Program-made: the position numbers and the translations under genes
Shown: in pieces, positions 13,715-26,199 of the stretch
Numbering within the stretch: position 1 is the first letter of the stretch
Layout of the letters: the number at the start of each line of letters is the position of its first letter
The notes under the pieces: generated by a model
What the model was told of the DNA's origin: nothing
The model's input: only the letters and a program-made list of their open reading frames with translations
Databases searched by the model: none
Assembly (NCBI GenBank): GCA_043228905.1
Contig: JBHGNT010000009.1
Span: 14,942,001 to 15,006,000, forward strand
Reading direction: 5' to 3'
DNA length: 64,000 nt
Source: Azolla caroliniana
Taxonomy: Eukaryota; Plantae; Polypodiophyta

Positions 13715-15944
13715 GAATAATAAGGAGAGTTGAGAGAGTAAAGAAATAGTATACTAAAGTCTAAAGTACTAAAGTGTTATAAAAGACTTTAGAATTTGGA
13801 TGAGGAAGTGAAGAGTGATAGATAATGAGAGAGTGGGTACATTTATATACCCAATTTTCTTAAGTCGGCGAGTAATAAAGATTCCCCTAGATATGTCCAA
13901 TTAAGGCATTTATCCCCTTTTCATCTATAGAGATTCCTAGATTAGACATTAAGAGCAATACCTTCCCTTTTAGGAAGTCAGTGAGGAATAGTCGGTCACC
14001 ACCTCTCTCAAGATAATCCCCTAAATTCTTCCAAACTAAGAAATTCTCCCTTTTTAGTTAATGAAAAATCCTAGTTTAGGTTTTAGGAATAAACATTCCC
14101 TTTTAAACATTAATTTCTTCTCTTATCTCTCTCCTTTGTATCGATTAATAAATGATGATGATCTTATCCATATAATTATATTATCATCCTTATAATCAAC
14201 TATATAATCATCCATATAATCCATCCATAAACACTAATGATCTATGGTTTATCCATTCATCATTGCGTAATTAACATGCACCCGTGGTGATGGATGATTG
14301 TGGCCATTCAAATAAACCTTAGGGTCGATGAACAATTGATTATTGACATTCAACAATCATCACCCTAGTTCTTTTAGCCAATAATAATATTGATTAACAA
14401 TTATCATTATCCATATATATGATGATCATCAATTAATTCATCGAAAATTAGATGATCAAGCATCACCTATAGTATATTAGGTGGCCGACCCCTAGAGATG
14501 TGATCTCCACACATAAGGCCGCCTCATGGGCATGGCCATCAGATCAAGAGGGGTATACGAAAAATAAAATATAAGTATATTTAAGGTGCTTTTATTTTAA
14601 TAAATATATATTAAATATTGTGAAATGCACATAAGAGCTCAAAACTAGTCTACTTAGCTTCTTACTTCTTAATCAATTTATAGTTGATACAACGGAACCC
14701 ATTTGGGTTGGCTTGGCTAAAAAGGGTGTGCTAAAAGGGTGGGTCAACTTGGGTACGTGCATCCTAAAAAGGGTGAGCTAAAAGGTTGGCACAAAGGAAC
14801 ACATGCACACCACAATATCTTAACGTAAAACAAACACATAATAATAATAACAATAATTCTATGAAACCTCTTTTTTTCTTTCTTTTTTAAACCCCTTGAT
14901 TTTGCGATCGAACTCAAAGCCTTCTCTTTTAAGGTTATAACAAGGATCTACTAACCAACCCATCACACAAATCTTGTTATGATAAGGTCTATGTCAAAAC
15001 CTTAATATATTTATTATACATAACCCCCTACAATAAACCGCACATCAACATATCACCCCCAAACGGAATCTCCGTGGCGTTTTCGACACTCCCCAATCTA
15101 TCATTTAACATACATTAGTACATAAAAAAATAACATATTTTCCCATACTAAAGCACACAACGTGAATCCAATCAAACAATATTCTTTTAGGATTAAAACC
15201 GCTCTCGTACCATATGTAATAACCAAGATCATTAATTCCAAAATAAAGACATAAGTGACACAATCATACTGAAAATACGCGTTACCACCCATCCGCCCCT
15301 ACGCCAGAGTCGACAATGTAAACGAGGAATCTCAATCTATCCCATACTAGCCAGGATCTCCACATTAGGACCTTGGTAGATGACTAGTCCACATCAAAGA
15401 GAGCTTCATCAGAACCACTCATGCCCCCCCCCCCCCCCCTAACTAAGGAGAGTATCCCCTATTTATAGGACCTAGGCCATGTAATGACATCTACTTGACC
15501 AATCATGTGTGGGGTACCCAATGACACACATTAGGTCAGTCCAATAAAGCCGACGACTCAGATATTATAGTATGATAGCCCCCAAATAAACACGTCTAAA
15601 CCAATGAACATTACACCCCCCTCCCAAGGGGAATTACGTTAGAGAGAGAGAGAGAGAAGAGAGTGAAAAGAAGAAATGACACAAAAATGAGAGGGGAAAA
15701 AGCTCCATTCATTACCTGCCCCATAAGGGGTTTATATAGTACATGAGGTAACCTTTACAAAAGAATGAGACAAGTAGGGAGTTACATTACTGACCCACTC
15801 TCTCACTTTTGTACACATACACACAAATGTGCATGTGTGCATGCACATACTCATCCTCGCGCACTCATACACATTACACATACCCATCAACCACATTATC
15901 ATGTTCCACCCCTTATGCCTCCCCGTATATTCTTAGGGGTAACA
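13715..15944 (-). repeat. Unresolved LTR-like/leader sequence(s)
   Basis: Minus-strand TATA-like motifs near 13845, 15463 and 15735, a GA tract at 15640, and a TG-type terminus (rc TGTTACCCC) at 15944 that abuts copia RT mid-motif. Confidence 0.4.
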
Positions 15945-17526
15945 CCTATCGGTTTTTGGTGGGTATACAAAGTAAAATATAACATTGATGGCTCCGTCAA
16001 CCAGTACAAGGCCCGATTAGTGGCAAAGGGCTATGCACAGTAGCACAGCATTGACTACGATGAGACATTCGCATCGGTTGCAAAGATGATGATCGTCTGT
16101 ATCTTGCTTGCGATGGCAGTGGTGAAGGGGTGGCATCTACATCAAATGGATCTGAAAAATGCATTCCTACAAGGTGATCTTGAGGAACAAGTATACATGG
16201 TTCAGCCCCTCGGATTTCAGTCCGGAATGAACACATCAGTTTTTGCCGTCTGAAGAAGTCCATTTACGGACTCAAGCAAGCCCCACGTGCCTGGAACACA
16301 AAAATCACATAGTGATTGCATCGGATGGGGTTTGCCGCGTCGAGCTCAGAAATTTCCCTATTCATCTGGCAAGGTCGAAACAGACCAGTTAGTATTTTAC
16401 TTTATGTTGATGATTTAGTCATCGCCGGCGCCGACCTTTACAAAATCGACCGCGTCAAATCCGAACTCGCGGCATCGTTTGACATGAAGGATCTTGGGAA
16501 CCTTTATTACTTCCTTGGGATCGAAGTGATCCGCACCCCGGAAGGCATACTGATCAGTCAACGCCATTATGTGTTGAGTATGCTCTTCAAGTTTGGTATG
16601 ACAGAATGCAAGTCCATCTTGACTCCTCTGGATAGGAATGTGAAGCTTCGGCCCGACTTCGGAACAACATGCGACCCGAAAAGGTTCCGATAGATAATTG
16701 GAAGCCTTATATACCTGACCATCACTCGGCCAGATCTAAACTATTTGGTCGGCTTGATTAGTCAATTCATGGCGCATCCAACCGTGGAGCACCTTCAGTG
16801 CACGCACCGAATACTCGGATATGTCAGTGGCACTAAGGACAGGGGATTGTTGTATCGGACCGGTGTATCCAAACAGCTTGTCGACTACATGGATGTCGAT
16901 TGGACCAGAAATGCCAACGACCATAAGTCTACATCCGGATATGGATTTTCCTTTCGAAGCGTTGCAGTTTCCTGGAGCAATATGAAGCAATGGATAGTAG
17001 CATTGTTGAGCACCGAGGCCGAGTACCGAGGAGCGGTTGTTGCGACATGCGAAGCCATATGGCTCACGAGGCTCCTAAAGGATCTGCAGTTGACGGTGTC
17101 CAATCCGACGACGATCTACTGTGACAACCTCAGCAGTATCCAACTGGTAAAGAACCCCATTTTTCACGCCCGAACCAAGCACATTGAGGTGCACTACCAT
17201 TTTTTCCGTGAGCATGTCCTCTCCGGTGAAGTTTAACTTGTGTATGTTCCGATGGATCGACAGACTGCCAACATCTTCACCAAACCTCTCGGCCTGGACA
17301 AGTTGCTTCATTTTTCGGGGATGCTTGGTCTTCAGCACCTCGACATGCCACACTTGAGGGGGAGAAAGGAGGAGGAAACCGCTAGGGGAACTTGGAAAAC
17401 AAGTAATGGCACGGACAAAGAGCCAGAGAGACAGGTGGAGACGAGAAAAAGGAAGCCGAGTCGACTGAAGAAGTCGGCACATCCGATAAAGTTGGAACAA
17501 GTGGCGACAGTGGCAGAGTCAAGAAG

Positions 17527-17614
17527 TGTTGAAGACAAGGCCGTGTCGATGCGGAAGATCAAGAAGCATTCGATTCTAATTTGAGTACCTGCGTATGACA
17601 GTTTCCAAGATCGT

Positions 17615-17651
<37 letters not shown>

Positions 17652-17836
17652 CACACAAGACTTTCTATTCCATAGAAAAACAACAATACAACCAACCTTA
17701 CAAAAAGGTTACAAGGTCACTATATATAGTGACCGACTTAGGGCAACTACCATTTATGCTAATTACACAAATGGCCCAAACTTGATCTATACAAAGGGAT
17801 AGTGTGAATACGTCCATTATACACTTGTATTCGACA
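17527..17836 (-). mobile_element. Solo LTR (310 bp), TSD AGAAG
   Basis: TGTTGA...TCGACA termini; AGAAG at 17522-17526 and 17837-17841; internal (GA)n and TATATA. Confidence 0.85.
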
Positions 17837-18066
17837 AGAAGGACAGAGTCAACCGAAATGAGAAGGCCAAGACCCGGATGTGGTCCGACATGGTGAAGGG
17901 CCTGAACGTTAAAGACAAATTGGAGACAGCCTATTCAAACAAGAGATGGAACAAATCGGAGGTAGCCAATTCTGAAGAGGAGTTCGATTTAGAGGAGCTG
18001 AATCAACTAAAGGCCAAACGGACGAGAAGGCAGCGGAAGTCGACACCGGCACGGAGGAACCAATGG

Positions 18067-19166
18067 TGTCGTGAAGTACGAAAGCTTCACATTAAAAGTC
18101 TACAATAAGATAAATACGTAACTAAAATAACATTTGATAATGTTTTATATATAAAGATAATATTAACAACACATATGATAATATTATATATATGTAAAGA
18201 AAAATAATATATATATATAGATAAATATATTATATTACACGAACAAGAGAGGACTTGAACCAATAACCCCACCCTATGACTCTCAAATCTTACCATTTAC
18301 TCTATACTAGTAATATACATAAAATAAACCATACTTTATATATACTTTATATTACATAAAGGATTTGCTTCATGATATAAAAATAAAGTTGTATGTTGTA
18401 TTCAATAGCATTTTGAGACTCAAACCCACAACCTCATACACCAAAGTTGACACACCTACCATTAGGCTAGGCCCTTTCTCTTTAAGATTATGTTTTCATG
18501 TTTATTGTTATTGCATATATTGTTTCATACATAAAAGCTCAAATGAGCGAGATGTTTATCATGCATCACATGTAATGCATGAACGCCAAATGGCGATCAT
18601 GCATCACATGCATTTCATGCACTACATGCATGACTTGTACCCTCCAATGCATCATATGCATGGGGGCACCTATTTAAATGGTGAAAGAGAAGATCAAAGG
18701 GAGATGGATGAGATATCAATCAAATATATATTACATTAGAGATACCATAAAATAGAGAAAGAAAGGAAGAAGTTCAAGATAAAGGTGGAGCTCTAGCCTG
18801 GTGGTCGTGGTGTTCAACTCTCAACAAGAGGGAGGCGGTTCGAGCCTTATCCTCATCAAAATATTGAAGTGAAGATTGTAGTGGTCTACGATCAAGAAAG
18901 AGAAGAGCGATTTTCTTGCAAGACAAAGTTCGGAGGTTCAACGACGTGTACAACCACTTTTGTAACTCTTTCATCAAATAATTATAAATCTCTTTTATTG
19001 CTTCAAATATCATTCTATATCCTATCTTGTCATATCTTGTTGATCACTATTTATCTATCTCTACTCTTTCGTCTCTTCCGTCCATAATCCCAGTGATTCC
19101 TTCCTCACTTTCACGATATCTTTTGTCTACTCAACGCTACGCTTCTAGGCAAGCCACGTCACGACA
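18067..19166 (+). mobile_element. Solo LTR (~1.1 kb), 4-bp TSD ATGG/ACGG
   Basis: TGTCGTG...CACGACA perfect 7-bp inverted termini; flanks ATGG and ACGG; host copia sequence rejoins across it; CTATTTAAA TATA-like motif at ~18670. Confidence 0.8.
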
Positions 19167-19556
19167 ACGGGTCGAGAAGCGGCAAAGTCGCAACATCGAA
19201 GGAGCTCAGAAGGGCCTTATGAACAAAAAAACGGTTACGCGGCAAGCTCAACCGAATCCGGATCGGCTGAATAAGCCTGAGCCAGATCAGCATCCGGAAG
19301 CTTGAGCCGGATTGGTGACCCGGTGAGCAAGTGAGTCGGTGAGCTGCAGAGCCGGTTAGCTGGATCCATTAGTAACCAGAAGCCTAGTAGCAGTTACACT
19401 ACTAGGGAGTTAATAGTCTCGTAGTCAGTGCTAGACGCTCGAGTGACCATTGAAGTACGCGGTACTTTTATCAGTCCTCTCAGGACCTGTATAAATAGTG
19501 TTGTTGAGCACGTTTCATGTATAAAGAACTATTATTGTTTTGTAAGAGATTTGAAA

Positions 19557-19558
<2 letters not shown>

Positions 19559-19633
<75 letters not shown>
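19559..19633. repeat. (CT)n microsatellite in the copia 5' LTR
   Basis: Pure CT dinucleotide run. Confidence 0.97.
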
Positions 19634-19635
<2 letters not shown>

Positions 19636-22600
19636 TGCTACGCAGCCAAGCTATTGTCTTACGCTTCTGCACATACGCTTTCACATGGTATCAAAGCGCG
19701 AGGGTTGAAGACCTTTGCAACTGACATTTGCTTTCGCAAGAAAAACCCTACAAGTTGTGAGAACAGAACAATAGACAGAAAGAAAAAATATGGGCAGAGG
19801 TATGGGCGAGTTCACTTCCTACAAAGAAGCTCGACCGGAGCAACTATGCGTCCTGGGGCATGGGTATTGGAGTTTCGTGGAAGGAACGAATGAGGTAGCA
19901 CCAAAGCCTGGACACAAGGACTTCCCGGTATGGGAGCAAGGAGCGAGTCGAGTATTATACTGCCTCACGTCCTGTGTGCATGACCAGATGCTCAGCTACA
20001 TCAGGGATGCAAAGACACCGAAGGAGGCCTAGGAAAACCTGCATAAAATTTTCGCCGCAAGTACCACAGCCCGTAAGTTGCAGCTCCGGCAAGAGCTGAA
20101 CAACATCCGACAAAAAGATATGTCGGTTACGGACTACACCACCAAAATAAAGGAGATTTGCGACACGCTTGGGTCCATCAATGTGACAGTGGACGAAGAC
20201 GAAATGCTACAAATCTTCCTTGGTGGTCTAGCACAAAGGTACGGGCCAATCTAGACAACGATCTGCACCCGGGAGAAACCACTGACCTTCTTCGACTTGC
20301 AATCGATGCTGATGGTCGAAGAAAACCACGCAAGTGGGTCCAAAACCACTCAATCAGACAACCGGATGTTGTACACGGAGGCGGATAGGCCCCGTGGGCG
20401 TAGGGGATGAGGTGGGTCAGCACGCATTGGAGGTGGCCGGCAAGAGCATGAAAGAAGGCAGAGAGAACGGGCAGACAGCAGTTCCGAGACTTCCACAAGC
20501 AGGGGGAGTCAAGGCTGCGCTAGAGGCCGGTAAGACAAATCCGCCACGGAATGTTGGTACTGTGGCAAAAAGGGCCACAGAGAAAGAGAGTGCTAGAAGA
20601 AGCGCGCCGATTCGGACAGATCTAGATCCGGCAAAACCGGTCGGGAGAACCGGCAAAGCTCCCACTACGCACAAGGATCGAAAGGATCCAGAACTGGGAA
20701 GACCGATAAGGGGCCAGCCTTGGTGATGAAGCACGAGTCAAATTCGATGAAGAAGATCACTTCCAAATCGGAGGAAGTATGGTATGTTGATTTAGGTGCG
20801 TCGAATCACATGACGAGCCACAAAGAGTGGTTCTCCTTCCTGGAGAAACCGAAACAACCGGGAGTTGTCGAAACCGGAGACGACACTCCTCACCCAATCA
20901 TGCATATCGGAGAAGTCCCTTTGAGCCACATCGAACAGAGGGGGAAGTTGATGAACCTATTACACATTCCGACTATCATGAAGAACCTAGTGTCGGTTGG
21001 ACAGATTGTCGAGCAGGGGATGCAGGTGCGGTTTACGCACCTCGGGTGCTTCATCAAGGAAGAAGGCCAAATCATTGCGCAAGGGTGCAGAGACAGGAGG
21101 ATGTTCATCCTCAACACCAATGACGTCGGGACCACGTTGTTCGCCAAAGGACAAAATATTGAATCGGATATTGATCTCTGGCACAAGCGGATTGGCCACA
21201 TCAATTACCGGCGGCTTCAAGACTTGCAAACGAAACAAGTTGTTTTCGTTTTGCCGAAGTTTAGTGGCCAGAAGGCCCATGTATGTGAAGCCTGTCAACT
21301 CGGGAAACAACACCGGCTTCCATTCCCCACCAAACGAAACCGTAGTCGTAACAAGCTCGACCTTATTCATTCGGATGTATGGGGACCGGCATAGAACGTG
21401 AGTCTTGGCGGGAGTCGATATTTCGTCTCCTTCATCGACGACTACAACCGGCACACATGGAACTAACTCATTGAGCAGAAGAGCGAAGTCTTCGAGTGTT
21501 TCCAGAACCTACAAAGCCTGGTTGAACGGGAAACGGAAAGGAAGATCGAGTGCCTGCAGTCGGATGGCGGAAAAGAATATTTTTTCGGCCAATTCAACAG
21601 TTATCTGCAGCAAACAGGAATTCGGCGAGACCTCAACTGCAGATACACACCGGAACAAAACGGTGTAGCCGAGAGGAAGAACCGGTCACTTATCAACGCG
21701 GCAAGGGCGATGCTAGAGGAGAAGAGCATGCCCAAATTCTACTAGGCGGAGGCAGTCTGGATGGCCATCTATATCCAAAACCGAATCGGTGACAAGGTGT
21801 CAACGCATGAGCTGTATTTCGGGCGCAAGCCAAATTTGCGACACCTTCGGATATTCGGCATCATTGCATATGTGCATGTGCCAGATGAGAAGCGGAGGAA
21901 GTTGGATGCAAAGTCCGAGAAATGCATCCTAGTCGGTTACTCGCATGAGCAAAACGAGGTATAAATGTTATAACCCTCGGACGAAGCAGGTCTGAGTTAG
22001 CCAGGATGCCTTACCGGCTCCGACTTCCGACCCCGACCCGATACCGGAGGATGAGGCTAGTGAGCCTGAACCGGTTCAGTTAGAAGATGAAGATGTCGGC
22101 ACTCTAGAAGAGAGTCCGATCTCATTTCGGTTAAGTGGACCGAATGAGCAGCTGAGTCGAGATGACCAGTCGGATGAGGAACCGGTGAGTAGTGGAGACT
22201 CTGTCATGCTCTCCCCGCGCAAGGAACCGAGGAGACGGTTCATGCGCAAGGAGAAGGGCAAGAAGAAGATCCCGGAATACGAAACTGGCAACGCTGAGTT
22301 GGATCGGTGCGAATACGACTCCGGAAAAGATGAAGGCGGATCTTCGGGAACGAAGTCCGACTTGGCCAAGAAGGGCCCCAAATCAGGTAATACCAAGTTA
22401 CGTCGGTCTTCCTGCTAGAAGAACCTCGTGACGTGGTACGGGTGCAATGAGTACATGGCGCATCACTATGCGTACATGGCCAAGGTGGCGGAAGTGCGTG
22501 AGCCGAATATCTACACAGAAGCGGCAAAGGACGCACATTGGCATGCCGCTATGGAGGAAGAGATGCGGGCACTTGATGCCAATGACACATGGGATCTAGT

Positions 22601-24931
22601 TGACCCTCCCGACGTTGTAAACCGATCAGATGTAAGTGGGTGTACAAGATAAAGTACAATGTCAACGGTTTGGTTAACCGGTACAAGGCCCAGCTAGTGG
22701 CAAAGGGATACATGCAGACCCACGGAATCGACTACGACGAGACCTCCTGTCCGGTAGCGAAGATGACGACAGTTCCTGTGGTGCTAGCGGTTGTTGCGGC
22801 AAGGGGGTGGCAGCTTCACCAAATGGACGTGAAGAATGCATTTCTTCAAGGCGATCTTGAAGAAGAGGTCTTTATGACCCAACCCCCCGGTTTTCAGTCG
22901 GAGATGAACAATTCGGCGGTATGCTAGCTGAAGAAGTCACTTTATGGCCTGAAGCAAGCCCCCCGAGCTTGGAATGCGAAGATTACGCACCGGTTGCATA
23001 AGATGGGGTTTGCGGCCTCCAAGTCTGACTCTTCATTGTTCATCCGGAAAGGTCCGGATGGTCCGGTTTGCATCTTGTTGTATGTTGATGATCTAGTCAT
23101 CACCGGACCCAGACTCGATGAAATCAGTCGAGTCAAGTCCCAGTTGTCGGACACATTTGAGATGAAGGACCTGGGGGACCTTCACTATTTCCTAGGGATC
23201 GAGGTGATCCGAACCCCCAATGGCAAATTGCTCTCACAAAGACACTATGTCTTGAATATGTTGTACAAGTTTGGCATGACAAAATGCCGACCTGTCTCAA
23301 CACCCCTAGATCGGAACCAGAAGCTCTGTCCCAACTCCGGACCGGCCTGCGATGAGAAACGGTTCCGACAAATTGTCGAAAGCCTTATATATTTGACCAT
23401 CACCCAACCCGACATTAGCTATCCAGTCGGTGTGATTAGCCAATTCATGCAGAAGCCAACCGTAGAGCATCTTCAGTGCGTGCACCGAATACTGCAATAT
23501 GTGAGCGGCATGAAGGACCGGGGACTGTTATACTGGTGAGGTATAACCGAAGAGCTAGTCGGTTACACGGATGCCGACTGGGCCAACGATGCATCAAATC
23601 GTTGATCAACTTCCGGTTACATGTTTTCCCTAGGTAGCGCGGCTATTGCGTGGAGCAGCAAAAAGCAGCCAACTGTGGCTCTATCAAGCACTGAGGTTAA
23701 GTATCGGGGCGCTACCGTCGCCACCTGTGAAGCCATTTGGCTTCATTGACTGCTACAAGACCTACGGATCGAGGTACCGACCCCGATCTTGATCTACTAT
23801 GACAATATGAGCAACATGCAGCTCGCCAAGAACCCTGTATTCCATGCTCGCACCAAGCTGATAGAAGTGCACTACCACTTCGTGCGTGAGCGTGTCCTGA
23901 GCGGTGAAGTCAAAATTTGGTATGTTCATACGGATCTGCAAGTTGCCGACATCTTCACCAAACCGCTCGGATCGGACAAGTTGCAGCACTTCACTGAAAT
24001 GCTTGGTGTTCAGCATCTTGACGTGCCACACTTGAGGGGGAGAACGGGCAAAGGCAAAGAGACTACCGATTGCGCTGGTGAGGGAAGAACCGACAAAGGG
24101 GGAGACAAGAAGAAGAAAGGAGTCGAGTCGACAAAGGAAGTTGACACATCCGAACAAGTCGGAACAAGCGGCAGCGGAGGCGGAGTCAAGAAGGACAGAG
24201 CCGACCGGATGAAGAAGGCCAAGACCCGGACATGGTCCAATGTGGTGAAGGGCCTGGAACCAGAAAACGAATCAGGAGCGACCGATTCGGACAAGAGTTG
24301 GAACGAATCGGAGACAGCCGATTCGGTTCTACAGAAGGATTCGGAAGAACCGGATCAATTCAAGGCCAAGAGGACGAGAAGGCAGCAAAAGTCGATGCCA
24401 ACACAAAGGAATCGGCGAATCGGCAAGAGCCGAAGTCCCAGCAGCGAGGGAGTTGAATTGGGCCTGTTGACTAGACAAGCCGACCGAGGACATCGAGGTG
24501 CGCAGGAATAGAAGGGTCGTGGCAAACGAGACCGGACCGGATGAGGAGTGCGAGCGAGGCGAAGTGACGCCAGAAGGAGCCAGGTGGAAGGACTAGCTAC
24601 CATGGAGACTGACACTACGATCCGACCTCAAGTTGAGGTTGAGGGGGAGTGTTGAGCGGCAAGCTCAACCGAATCCGGATCGGTTGAATAAGCCTGAGCC
24701 GGATCGGTAACCTGGTGAGCTAGGGAGCCGGTTAGCCAGATCCATCAGTAACCGAAAGCCTAGTAGCAGCTAGACTACTAGGGAGTTAATAATCTCGTAG
24801 TCAGTGCCAGACGCTCGAGTGAGCATTGAAGTACGTGGTACTTCTGTCAGTCCTGTCAGGACTTGTATAAATAGTGTTGTTGAGCACGTTTCATGTATAG
24901 AGAACTATTATTGTTTTGTAAGAGATTTGAA

Positions 24932-24969
<38 letters not shown>

Positions 24970-24974
<5 letters not shown>

Positions 24975-25800
24975 ACCAAGTTTCTACAAGTTAAGAAACA
25001 AACGCCCTACACCCTCCTCCTCCTTGAGACGGGATCGCTTCCCATTGAGATCATGGCCATGGAAAGGGTTGTTGAATACATGCTTAAGGTTCAAAAAAGT
25101 CCCTCACATCGACTTCCTAGAATTGCGTGGGAAGCAAGCAAAAAGATCCAAAAGACGCATAAAAGCAAAATTTTATGTTCCGGTTGGATGCAAGATATAA
25201 AAAATGGTTTGGTAGATGGGATGCGAGACACTTGCTTCATGATGCATCATTAGATTCCTCTGTAAATGAGGCATTTTTGCAATGCCAATGTATCATGACA
25301 TGGGACAAATGTGGAGGCTCACGCTTCACACATTATACTACACATGTTGCACCTAACTACAAAACCATATTCTTTGCGGAACGGGGAAATCGTACACATC
25401 CATACATGTTAGAGCCCATACCGTTATCTGCCATTCGAACCATTGCTTCCATGCGACTTAGCTCACATGCATTGCGATGTGAAACAGGGCGTTGGGGTAC
25501 AAGTGATGAGAGTGGTCGGCTATGCACACTTTTCCCTAAACAAGTTCGCGAGTCTGAGTATCACACTTTGATACAATGCTCTGCCTTTGATCATATTCGA
25601 CCATGCTTTCCACATCTCTTCGATCGAGCCCAATCTTTGCATGAATTCCTCTCACAACCACAATGTGCACTCTCGATTGCAACATTCATTGGTAAAGTTC
25701 TTGAACATCGAGAGTCACTACTCACTTTCACACGTATCACGTGAAATGTAATATTTTTGGTCTCATAGGTCATATTTGATCTCCGAAGACGATAATATAA

Positions 25801-25805
<5 letters not shown>
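24970..25805 (+). mobile_element. 5'-truncated LINE copy (3' end of ORF2 plus 3' UTR), flanked by (CT)n on both sides
   Basis: Near-identical to 28798-29635; lies between CT runs at 24936-24969 and 25806-25833. Confidence 0.93.
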
Positions 25806-25833
<28 letters not shown>

Positions 25834-25845
25834 AAACCCTAAACC

Positions 25846-26193
25846 CGTGGGATTAAAGAAGAGAGTATTGAAACACCCGCATCCCTTGGAAAGGCCATTG
25901 GTGAATTTTTTAGCATGCATTATGGGATGTCAGATGTGAATGTATATGGGGCACACCGAGTTGGGAAACATGGTGTTAGTCGCTCCGGAGAAAGGCCTAT
26001 TGTATGCACAATGACAGATGATACAAAGCGGCGGATCATACTCGAAAATAGTTGGGTATACCTCAAAGGTACACAATGCTTTGTGAGTGAAGATCGTACT
26101 ATCTCACAACAAAATGCTCGTCGTAAAGCATATGAAGAAAGATTGAAAAAAAAGGTTAAGGATGTGCCTAAAGATGGAAATGTAGGCAAATAG
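25846..26193 (+). pseudogene. LINE ORF1 C-terminal remnant (RRM/CTD type seen in CR1/L2-like elements)
   Basis: RGIKEE..E, AHRVG, RPIVC, LKGT..FVSEDRT motifs; the frame is open back to 25846. Confidence 0.7.
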
Positions 26194-26199
26194 GGACAC

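Noticed and set aside
18365-18739. His/Met-rich 124-aa ORF
   Set aside because: Translation of CATG repeats inside a solo LTR.
19225-19235. TSD for the copia at 19233-29766
   Set aside because: The left flank (AAAAC) and right flank (CAAAT) do not match and the TG terminus is altered, so none is called.
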